32,000 nt of DNA from Candidatus Omnitrophota bacterium (lineage in GTDB: Bacteria; Omnitrophota; Gorgyraeia; Zapsychrales; JANLHA01). The position numbers and the translations under genes are program-made. Where the stretch lies: the NCBI GenBank assembly GCA_963662715.1, contig OY759724.1, positions 1,260,001 through 1,292,000 of the forward strand. The letters are read 5' to 3'. Under the pieces are notes generated by a model. It made no database searches and was not told where the DNA came from. It saw only the letters and a program-made list of their open reading frames with translations. Within the stretch, counting starts at the first letter, position 1, and each line of letters opens with the position of its first letter. Shown here piece by piece: positions 12,001 to 24,000 of this stretch.

Positions 12001-15000
12001 TCACCATTCTCATCTGCCTGTTTCCGCTTCCCGCCATAACAGAATCCGCCAATTTACCCAATCGGGAATAAAATTTGTATTCCACAGAATTCTTATCATA
12101 ACTTTCCAAAGTCGGTCCCAAAGCATCAATGAAAGCTAAAATTTGCCGGCCTTCTCCATTAGGAGACATGAAACGTAACGGCAATTGCCCGACAGCATTC
12201 TTCATAAAGGTGCTTCTTTCAGCCCGATTCATAAAAATATTCCGCAAATTATTAAATTCCCCTGTCGAGGCATACATTTCATTAGTTATAAGTTCGGTCA
12301 TCATACGCATTTCACGGCCGTTTCTTAAAGCATGTCCCTCACTGCCTCCTATACCTAAATCACTAAGACTCATAAGTTCACTAGCGTATCGCTTCTGATC
12401 ATCCTGTCTCATCTCGACAGCTGCTTTTTCCCTGGCAGCTTTAACTTTTTTCACAACCTTTGCCACATATTTACTTGGTTTCACGCTCTTATCTGCTGAA
12501 ATAACCCGGTCAATGACTCTATCAATCAATTCCGGAGAATAAAAATCATCAAGAGTCAATGTACTCTCAACCAATGCTTCATTCCCGGATATTTGTGCGG
12601 CATTTGCGCTCTGCTCGCGGATCATGCTGTCCGCCTTCTGCCAAACAGGATTATCCCTATAGGTCCCCACGGCATACAAACCAGCCATAATTTTTAAAGC
12701 TCTGAACCGCTGATTGCCTTTATCTTTACCGGTTAAGCCTAAAACTTCCTGAGCCTTTTTGATCGTTCTGACAGAAGGACTTGAATAAAGGCTTGTTGCT
12801 TCACTCAATGTGGCTTTATCTTCTTCCTCCCCTCCGAGAGAACTATTGATAATGCTGAATTGTTTCGCCCGTTCCTGAACAATCTCCATCATAAAGTCAG
12901 AGACCTCTTTGTCGTTTACAACGCCGGCCAAAACTTCTTGCTTGCGCAGGGGATCGTCCTCTGAAGCATAAAGCACGGACATAAAATCTTCCATAGACAG
13001 GTCACCAGGTCCAATTAAACCGGCAGCGGCTAATTCCCCGATATTATTGTCTAAATTCAGGAAATTGGAAAGTCCGGATGTAAAGGAATGAGTGAAGCTA
13101 ATATACGAATTTTGAGCCAAACTCACGGCAACATCCATCCCCTTGACAAAGTTTGCCCGCAGATCATCCTGTGTTAACGGTGCCGCTAAATTGCCTTGAC
13201 TGTCTCTTGTTCTGCGGGCAAGACCAAATGTTCCTGTTGCAGGATCAAGTTGAGGGGCTGTTCCTTGTGGCATAACTTTAAATATTCGGAGCAATGCCTG
13301 TTCCTGCGGACCGCTGAGCGTTGCCAAACTCGCAAAAGTTTCAAGGGCATCAGGATTAATCTGGCGGTCGAGATCGCTCACTCCTTCCGAGACATCGGAA
13401 AGGACCCCGGGAATGGCGGCAAGAGTCTGGAAGTACGTTTCTGCTTCTTGCCCGGAAATATTTACAGCGTCAAACAACTCGCCCACCGTCTGAGGAACAG
13501 CCTGACCGTTCCAAACCTTTCCCTGAGGACGTAATGGAACAAAAGTATCGCTTGCGGTCTTCCCAATAGTAATTGTTGTCTGATTTTCAAACCCGGGATA
13601 TTGTTGAGTGAAGTCTCCCATTTCGTTACGGGATAAAATGGATTTTGTAATATCTGCCACTCTGTCTGCGGCTAAGAAATAAGGTAAGGACTCACCTGCT
13701 GTCGGTCCGCCGTAAATCAGACCTTCCAACATAGACTGTGTTTTGGGAAGCAATAAAGCAAAAATTTCGCTGTTTCTCCCCATTTTCGTTTCCATAAATC
13801 TGGCCGTGGAATCCAAGGCATCCCGTATAACAAAGTCCGTGGCACGGGCTTCTTTAAATTTGTTCATCAAAATAGAATCCGAGGTCAAGGCCTCTGTTCT
13901 TAACAATTCCAAAGCCCTAATAACGTTTTCCCGCCCGCCCCCTGGCGCTGACCGCTCAGCCATAATTGCATCGTCAATCGCCCGGTATTTCGGAGTCATT
14001 GCTAATTCCACGGCTAACCGCGTATTTTCTATTCTTGACGCCATTCTTTGATTCTTATTTAATGTCTTTACGACAAAATCATTATATGCCTTTGGCCCTT
14101 GTTCTCCTGTAGAGCCTTTTTGTTCCGTGGCCAAAAGAACTCGAGTCGGCATATTGGCAAAATCAATAGATTCTTTGCCGCTGGCATCAAAGCTCATAAT
14201 CCCGCGAGGCCGGCCTATAGCCTGCCTGACCATTTCAAAGAAAGACCGCGGAGTAGAAACAACGATCGCGATACTGTCTGCTTTAAAACCGAAGTTTGCA
14301 CCAACGGCTCTCGGCCCGAATGTAATAATAATCGGTGCCTCATTGTCAAAATGCATCTTCTTTAAACTATCGACCTTCCGATTGCCTTTAATAGCCTGCG
14401 AAAGAGTTTCCCCGCTGGCTCTGTCCCAAACAATTTCCCGGCCATTGGTATCCAGAACAATGATTGTTGACTTTTTGTGAGTTGGAAGCTGTCCGACACT
14501 TGCCTCAATTTGTTTTACAACTTTTTCATTCACTAAATATGTATCCGGGAAGAAGAGGTGCAGGGCTCTCTTGGCCAACGACTTCCCTCCGGAAATCGCA
14601 TCAATATTATTAACGATGGCTTTTCCAGGGTTTGATTCACGGGCTGCTATAAATTTATCGGTTTCGTTTTCCCCTGGTCTGAACGGGACCTGCGAACTCC
14701 CCATGGCATTTGAGTCTTTTATACTCATGGTGACCAGTTCATTAGCGCCATAAAGTTTTAGCATTGTGGGAGATAAAGGCGAGGCGCTGATCATTAAGAC
14801 ATTTGATCCTTCAGTCTTAACAAGATCCCTCATAATTGTGTCAAAACTAACCCGGGTGATTGTCTGTGTCACTTCAACGCCTTTCGGATTTCCTTTTTTA
14901 CGACCAAAAATCGGGGATTGGATCAATTCATCCATAACCGGCCTGATGAGATCCTGCACTTTCACATCATAAGCTTCGCCTCCCATCAAACTCACCGGAC

Positions 15001-18000
15001 GGGATCTTTGTTCTCCCAGCGGAGCACTATATGTGCGATACAATAATGGGAGAATTTCCCCCCAGGATTCTATCCCGGCATTGAAAGCAGCGATTAAAGC
15101 GTCCGCTTCCGTATACCCTTCCTTCAACCCGTACTTTTCGAGAACTTTCTTATCCAAAGACAATCTTTTATTTCTATTTCTTGATAGCTTATCCACCCCT
15201 TCATGAATCGTAAAGCCTTCTCGAACCGTGCGCATTGTTTCTCTTTGACCTTTGGAAACCAAAATCTCTGTCAACCATGCCTGGACCAATTCCAAAGAAG
15301 CAATAGCTCTTCCGCCTTTTTCTCCCGGCTTGCTGATCCACTGTTTTCCCTGACTGTCTGTTCCGCTTAAAAAGTGCATCATATCTTCAAAATTCTTTAT
15401 GGTCTGTCTCTGCTTCGGATCCGGATGATTTTTAGCAAGTTTTCTAATAGCTCTGTCTAATGCCTTGAACGCTTCCGTAGAAAAACCCTGCAATACTTCC
15501 GGAACATATCTGACTTCCCCGGTCCGTTTGCTTAGATTAAGGAAAGGCATATATTCCAATTTCGCGGCCTCATCAAGAATCACATGACGGCCAGTCCCTT
15601 CTCCTTTACCATTTACCCTTCTTTTCATGGCATTGTATATATTCGAGTAGAGTTTGCCTTGAGCCTGATCGGCCTTCTGGCCATAGACTAATTTTATAGT
15701 ATACGGGGAGGTCACAACCAAATCGGCATTTTCCAGATTCGCCAATACGCCAGCCGGGTCACTCTGCACATCTTCCATTTTCACTTCGACAATTTTCTTT
15801 AAACCTTGCTTGGCTAATTTTTCACCATGTTGCTTCTTCAGAAAATCTATCTGCTCACGAACCAAGGCATCCGGAACAATAACCAATGTTCCTCTTCCTG
15901 TAAAGCTATTATAAAGGGCCTGTGCAATCATTAAAAACGTGGATTTTCCAGCACCTGTTTGAGCCGTAATATAATTAACTTGCGCAGGAGCTTTCCCTTT
16001 AGTATTACGAGCATGCGCCGCATCAATAACATTAGCCCCGTTTAGAGCCAAAAACATTTCCGGCTGCCCTGCTTGTAGCAATTCATATCCTGTAATTTCC
16101 GAAGCCGTTACAAGAGCCTTGGCCAAGGTAGGATCCAGAAGGGGTTTTCTCGTCCGTATATCCCAAATCGTTGTCAACTGAAGGATTGTCCTAATATCTT
16201 TAATTTCCTGACCGCCAATAAATACTCTTACCGGTTTTCTGCCGTTCATGGCATTGGCGACTTTCTGAAGATCACCATAAGAACTAAGAGTACTCATCTC
16301 AATGACTTGCGGTTTTTTGTCCCGGCCGGTAAACAGAGAGGCGAACCCTTTTGCTTTTATTTTTAGTTCTGATACTATTCTCCTCATTCTGGACCGCTGT
16401 CCCAGCGGCATGACTGTGACGGTCGGGGTTTCTGTGGCGGATTGAGGCGTTGAAGAGCCTTTTTTGGCTGTTGTTTGAGGCGTGGTTGAGGGGGCGTTTT
16501 TCTCCGCAGAAGTAGGAGGCCCGGTCTTCTTGGTAGCGTCTTTTGCTTCTGTTTCGGTCTTCACGTCCCTCTCTTTTGGCGGAACTCTCAATGGCGCTGG
16601 CAACAACGCAATAGACGTCCACAAAGATAACTCGGAAGCAAGTTCTCCCAAATGGGCCAATCCTTTCTCACTGTCCAAGCCTTCCCCGCCGGTTAAAATA
16701 TTCAAAACATATTTCTCTGCAGGAGTCGCTGTGTCCGCTGCCGTTTGTTTGGCCAAATTCATCAAACCCGGAGTAAAAACATGTTGTGTCAAAAGATCAT
16801 TGGCCCCCAGGAAGACCGACAATTCATCAGCTTTGGCTATTTGTTTAACCAAAAACGATCCGCTCAAGCCTTTTTCCCCTACCTCTACACCTAATAAACG
16901 ATGGAATTGATTCCCTTCGCTAAGCAAGGTTTCCATGCTGACCGGCTTTTTCTTTAACGCGGCTTTTCCTGTCCGGCCAAACAAACTCAAATAGCCTCCG
17001 ATACCCCGATTTGTCGCCTCAAGCCTGGCAAGAGAAGAATACGCTGTGGGCATCATAAAATGAATAAGAGGTCCGGTTGTCGTACCGCCTTCCAATCCGC
17101 CACCGACAGCCTTGAAATATTTTTCAATCATTCCGAAATATTTCAATTTATTGGACGGAGCATCGCTGCCATAGTTTGCGCCGAATATATTTAAAACACC
17201 CTTTGCCGTATCTTTTGTGGCTTCCCAAAGAACACCGGCGGAGGCAAAACCGATGCTTCCCTGAAGAGACATCATCGGGACAGTCAATGACTTTTTCAAA
17301 GCCTGACTAACTGTCGCTACCGGAGCTGCTTCCATAGCCCCTATCTTGGCAATTCCTCCGGAGAAAAACTTTTTTACTTGCAGGATATTTGCCCCGGCAA
17401 TAAACAGAAAGGCCGCAGCCAGCCGGGTTTCAGTGGAAAGATCTTTTCCGTCACTGATAAAATTCTTATAAATGTAATTTGGGCCAACATATCCAGAAAC
17501 GCCTGCCGCAGTGGTTCTCAAGACTCCCTTAACCAAGGTTCCCGGCTGGATAGCTGCTATGCCGCTTTTTTGCGCGTCAATAGAAGGAAGAACTTTTTCC
17601 GCAGCTTTCTCAGCGGCTAATTTTGTCCCATATCTTTCAGCTGCGACAGCGAAATTTTCAGGCATCGTGACGCCTGCTTGACCTGACTTAAGCGCATTAA
17701 GAGTTGATCTTTCAGCTAATGCCATACCAACGGAATTAACGACAAAAAATGCCATTCCTAATCCAGCTCCCCAAAGCCCTGACTTGTTAAATGATCTCCC
17801 AAAATCCCCCAAGCTAAAGGATTCCTCATTAATTATAGCTTCCGAATAATCCGATAGCCCTCCGGACAAGCCCCAGGTAGCATACATAGAACCGATACCA
17901 GCCAAACCTTTTAAATTGGCTATGTTGCCGGCACGAGTCAGAAAGCTGCCTTTCATTGTTGACAAGAAGGAACCTGTTCCCAAATTCGGATTATATCCGC

Positions 18001-21000
18001 CCATCTTCCCGGTAAACATCTTGGAAGCAACATAAACAGTGGCAAATAAAGCCGGCCCTTTGGCAGCGCCTCTCAAAGCCGCGGCTCCCCAATTAGCGTC
18101 CCGCTGATCGACAAAAGCAGAGATACCTTCGTTCGCCATAGCGCCCAAGGTCGTTATACCGGTTACAGTCGGTAAACCCACAGCAATTCTCGCCGCCTCA
18201 CCCTTTAAACCTTCAGCTGTCAAAGCCTTGCCAAAAGCTCCCAGCTTAGGATATTTCTCTGCCACACGACCTCCCCAAGCAACTAAACGCGGACTGACTT
18301 TTGCCAAAGTTAAGCCTCGATTCGTAAGGAAAGTAGCGACTTTGGCCGAGCCTTTAAGAAAACCTACTGTCAAAATAGCGCTTTTCAGGTTTTGCTCTAA
18401 ATTCATAAATTCGCCGGTCATGCCCAAATGAATCAAATTCTCAACAAGCAAAGTCGTGGCGACTTTCATTCCGTATTTTTTAATACTTTCTTTAACAACT
18501 TGCTTGGCGCCTTCCTTAATAGTAGCGAGAGTTATCTGCTTTCCAACTTCTAGTCCGGCCTTGACCCCGGCCTGTTTGGCGGCATTGACAATGTTCCCAA
18601 CCCCTGTGAGAGCCAAAATAATGGTAATAGGAGCGGTAATCCCTTCAACCCATCCCTCAACCTGCGCTACGGTATTTAATTTTTTCCCTTCAAAGATAAA
18701 ACCTCTAAAAGTCTGATCTCCGCTGAGCAATCCTTCCGGAAGAATAACATTGCCCTTCCGATCTTTTCTCTCGTCATTGGACAAGGATCCCAGCAAACGA
18801 ACAACATCCTGCCCATCCACAATCCTTCCCATAAGCGCATTTTCATCTTTATCAAAATGCACCGCCAAATAATTATTTGTGTTGGAATCGGTATCATAAA
18901 CATCAAACATGCCGCGATAATCGTTTTGGCTCAAAAGCATAGACCCTATCTGATCATCGGACAATTTATCCGTAGCATAAAAGAAATCCCTGTCATTCAA
19001 CTTTTTATCTTTGGAGTTCTCATCTTTACCGGAGAATCTAATATCATCCACGTCCAGCTTGGTCTTCAGGGGCAAAAGATCGGTAAGGACATTACCCTCA
19101 GCATCGGTAAGATAAGTGTCAAAATCATCTCCGCCAAAACCGCTCCAGCTCATAAAATCCTTTAACGTGATTACCCCTACGGTCGAAACCACCTCTCCAT
19201 TAAACTGGGCTGCTACGTCTGCCGGGAGGTTTTCATCCTCATGAAAGTCTTCACTGTTGTCTTCGACATGCTCTCGCGATCCGGCCTGCCGTCCATACAA
19301 ATTGATTTCACTCGCATAAAATTGCTTCTGAATGCCATTTTCATCAACAACAATAAACTTTTCTCCCTTTCTCATCTTCTTTATCAGCTGAAATGGCATA
19401 TATACGGGGTTGCTCATCATGCTCTGATCTTGCATACGATCCATTACCAGGTCAATTGAACGCATTTCTTCCTCTTCAGCCCATTTCTTAGAACTTACGG
19501 TAACAGGAACCTGCTTGCCGCCTATATTAAGAAATACCTGCTTCAAGTCACCGGATTTTGGACCAAAAACATGACTTTGATCGATTTGATGCATGGCAAT
19601 AATATTACCATCCGCATCCAGTTTCAAAACGATCTGGTCATTATCTCCCCTGCCGTCGGATTTGCTGCTGAAAAAGCCCGCTTTTCTCTTAGTCTGAAAA
19701 TCATTTAAAGCCTGATCAAGCTCTTCCCCTGTCACACCTCTAAGATCCTGCAGCATCTCTTCGTTATCCAATCTGCGATCAAAGGCATAAGCTATGCGTC
19801 CGCTTTTCGTAAGCATTCTATATATCTTCTCGCTGGAGTTATTCACAAAAGCATAGGACCCATCACGGATAACGGCTCCATTTGTTGTGCCGCCTCTTAA
19901 AATCTGCACCACTCTTGACATCTGAGGATATAAAGGTAAAACAACGACTCCAGACCCGGTCTCAAGATTAATAAGCAATTCACCGCCGCCATAACTGTCC
20001 GTACCAATCAGGCTATTCATGGCATTCAGAGAAGCTTCTAATGTCGCGTCTATTTCTGTTCCGGCGTCTTCTGCTGTTGATGCCAGCATAATCCCGTCCA
20101 CAGACATCCCGTTATACTCAACGCCAAAAGTATAGTCATCATTCGCATCACCCAAATCCAGATAAGCTAAAGATCCGCCCCCTAATATGTCTTTAACCCT
20201 GAACTTCTGGGCAAAAGCTTTGTTGGGATCGTAGCCGCTGCTTTCATCATTGGCCGGATCATCTTTCTTCAGCACCGATAAAACACCACCCACAACGTTC
20301 GGAAGAAGAACCCCGCCATTCTCTGCCATCCCCGCGTTATTTTCATCATTATAAGCATTCTCATTATAAATTGAAGTTAACAAGGAATACGTCGTTGGCG
20401 TAAGAACTCCACCCGAGCCCAAGACAAATGTCAGTCGTCCGTTCCCGCTGGTCGTCCAGTCATCAATGGTGGCAGCTATCTCCTGATCAGGAGTCAGATA
20501 AACCGTTCCGTCTTCCCCGGTTCTTTTATTTTTGATCGAATACATGCCTCCGCTGTCTATTTGAAATTCCGGCCGGCCGGCTGCCTTGGATTTTTCAGGG
20601 TCTTCCGGAACAAAAGCAAAAGATTCCCAAACCCCTCCCTTTTCTGCGAACCGGGCCGTCCCTGAAAAATTCACGTTCATGATTCCCAAAACTTCCTGAG
20701 CTCCGTTGAAAAGCTCCTGAGCCGAATAGACGATAGCGCCATCGGATTCTCTCTCTTTACCATCAATACCTCTTGATTCAACAACAACATTGAAGAACGC
20801 CATGACTTCTCTTAATGCCGTCTCTTCCACATCCGCCATCTGTCCATCCGTGGCTTCGGCAATAATAGCGGCAACATCTTTGTCAGAAATAAAATATTTC
20901 GGTTTTACCGGGGCCATAGCAAACTCTTGATACCCCGGCGTTTCTAAATCCTTTTTATACTGAGCATAATCTTTCTGATATTGACTCGCCACCTTTTCAA

Positions 21001-24000
21001 TCTTGTTTAATATCTTCTGCACCGTCGGGTTGTTTTTCAAAGCTTCCAGATCATCGGGAAGCGGGGCGCTAAGATCATCGACCTTTGACCGTGCATAGGC
21101 ATTAATCTGGCCGGCCAAATAAAGGTTCATTTTCTGAGTGAAAACTTTAGCAACTTCCTCCATTGTATACTGCTTATTTAAATCCATTTGCTCTCTGGCA
21201 GCAAAAAGATGGAATTGACCGTAAATCTCTCCCATTTTAATACCGATAAGCAACTGATCTAAATTAAAACCAATCCGTCTTCCGCCCTCCACAACTTTTA
21301 TTCCCGCCAATCTGCCATCCGCCTCATCGCTATAGAAAAGATCCGCAGTGATTCTTTCTCCCGTACTCTTTGCGTCTTCTCCTTCTCCTACTTTAATCTT
21401 GCTGTTCTCCCGGACAGAAAGGAACGGAATTCCTGAATTGGCGTCTCGAGCTGATTTATCTATGGCATAAATGCTTCCCACCCCAAACGGCGTATGGGTT
21501 GGTGTGCCGGTAAAAACTTTGGATTTCTTTCCCGTGGCCTCATCGGTGACGATTTGACCAAAAGCAAAAGCGAGGCCCTTTGCCTTTGTCTTGTTCTCAT
21601 CCAGATATTCTTCATCGTTCAGGGATGTCAAATCAGACGCACGATATACAACCAACCCCTGTTTGACCGACAACTCATCCGGCCTCAAAAGCAATGCTCC
21701 TTCAGCCGGGGCATCTTTAAAGTTTACGGCTTCTTCCTCTTCTGCCGACTCTCCCTGGGCTTTCTTTTCCTGTATTTCGCTAAAATCAATATCTATTTCC
21801 GTTGGATTTAGACCTAAAACATCGCCTCTGGCAACCCGGAAATAGCTGTTGGCCAAAGAAAGGTCATCAGCCCAAAATGCCGTTACTTTTCCACCGACAT
21901 TTCTTAATTTATTAATCACAAAATCCGGAGTCTTTCCGACAACGGATTCCACAATATAATCGATATTCAACTGGGTGGGGTCATCCTTCATGGCCTGGGT
22001 AATATGCAAATCATTGTAGGCCGCAGACCTCTCGTCCATCAAGCCTTTCATAGCGGCAAGAGTCAGGCGTCCGTCCCGCCCTGTTACGCGGACATTTCCG
22101 TCCTTCAATTGAACGGTTTCATCAAAATCGCTCACAAGCAAAGCCACATTTTTCTGATAACCATCTTCCATATATCCGAGACGGACCTGTTGTTTGAAGC
22201 CTTTTGATGATGTGATCTCTGCAGATGAAACCTCCTGGCTTTCATCTACATGGCCCTCCAAGGCCCCGCTTTGCTTAAGAAGAAATGTTTGGCTTTGGTC
22301 AATATATGTCAGCGTGTTACCGCCGTCTCTGATAGAAATCGCCCCATTCGCTAAAAATATTGATTCAGCCACGAAAGGCGTGAAAGCCTCATCTACGGTA
22401 ACCGTCTCTCCCGCTTCTTCAAGTTCGGCTTTTATTTCTTGAGTATCTCCTAAAATAACCTTTGTCTGTACATGCAATAAACCTTTGATCCCAGCTAAGT
22501 TGCCCGAAGCAACACCATCGAGAATTTCGACATCATCAGCAGCATTCACCTTATAAACGTCTTTCAACCTTTTAACGCTGTTAACCCTATTCTCAACATA
22601 AAAACTCGACAGAGATTGATTCATCTGCAAAGGATTCTCTTCCGTACCAAAATTTGCCGTAAGCCATGGATTTGCCAGGAAAGAAAGGCCTCTCGTCCCC
22701 TGCCCCTTAACCTGATTCGTATCTTCTTCATTCGCATTACCTTCATAGTCTTCGGCCGCATAGATATCGTCACCGCTGACCCCGCCCACTCCAGCCAAAT
22801 AAACATTGACCGCGCTTCCGTTTTCCAATGAAAGACGGGTTACATGTTTGGGGTTCATCACAACATTATCGTGCGCCATACCTTCCACATCTTCAGAAGA
22901 AAGACCGCCTGGGCCTGGAGTCCCGCCACCCTTGGAAACCAACCTTTCTCCCAGCCCGGGAATCATAGCAAGCAATTGAGGACTTAGAATCTTTTCAAAA
23001 AAGGCAACGCTCGCAGACGCGCCATCCCCTTGCCCCTCTACTTCCCCTTGAACTGCCCGGCCGCCGACAAAAGGTTTGAGCATGCCGTCTTCATCAATAC
23101 CAAAAAGAGAAGCGCCTTCTCCCCGTTCAAAATCTAACACCGTGGAATCAAGCTTATTCCCTTCCCTGTCCTTCAGCGTTATTGTCGCCTTAGGATCTTT
23201 TGTCAATTCGCCCGCACCCCAGAGATGCGTAAATTTCGGGTCGTTTATCTTTGTGGCAAAGAAATCGCCCTCTTCCCCTATATCGCCGATTTTTTCTTCA
23301 TCAAACTTAACCCGGAGATCCTTAATCTTTGCAGCCACCTCCAGCTTTTGCTCCAAAGTTAACTCATCAACTTCTTCGGGGGTAGACAAACCTAGTTCTG
23401 CCTGCAATAATGTCCTGAAAGCTTCCGTATTCACCAGATTTTTCAATTCAAGGGAACTCACCAAAAACGAATCCCCGGTATATCCCATTTGCCCTTCCTG
23501 TCCTCTTAAATAGTAGGAAATCGAATTATCATCATTAATTTTAACTATTGTGTTGTTAACAGTCATTTGTCCATTAAGAGGATGTGCCCCGTCTTCATTC
23601 CCGTATACGGCAATTTTCGGATTCCTGGCAACAAACTCATCCACGCGGATCACAAAAGGATGGGCTTCATAAATCCCTGCTTCTTTGTCATGTAAAAATA
23701 GATACGGAAGAGCTCCACCAGTTTCTTCATTATATAGCATATCCGTGGAGTACAATTCAGCAACGCCCTGTTCTATTGTTTTGTCATAAACAACCGAGCC
23801 TTCTTTCTTTTCTCCGCCTTCTTCCCCTTTAGTAATATAGTGAATATAACTTCCTAAAATAGCCGCGTCATCAAATCTCAATTGTTGAGTAGCTTGGTCT
23901 ATGGATGTTTTCGCCTCGGCAATTAAGCCGGTGGCCGATGCTTCTCTAGTAATAAAATTTTCCGCCCCACCCATTTGCGCCAATAATTCTGTTTCGATAT

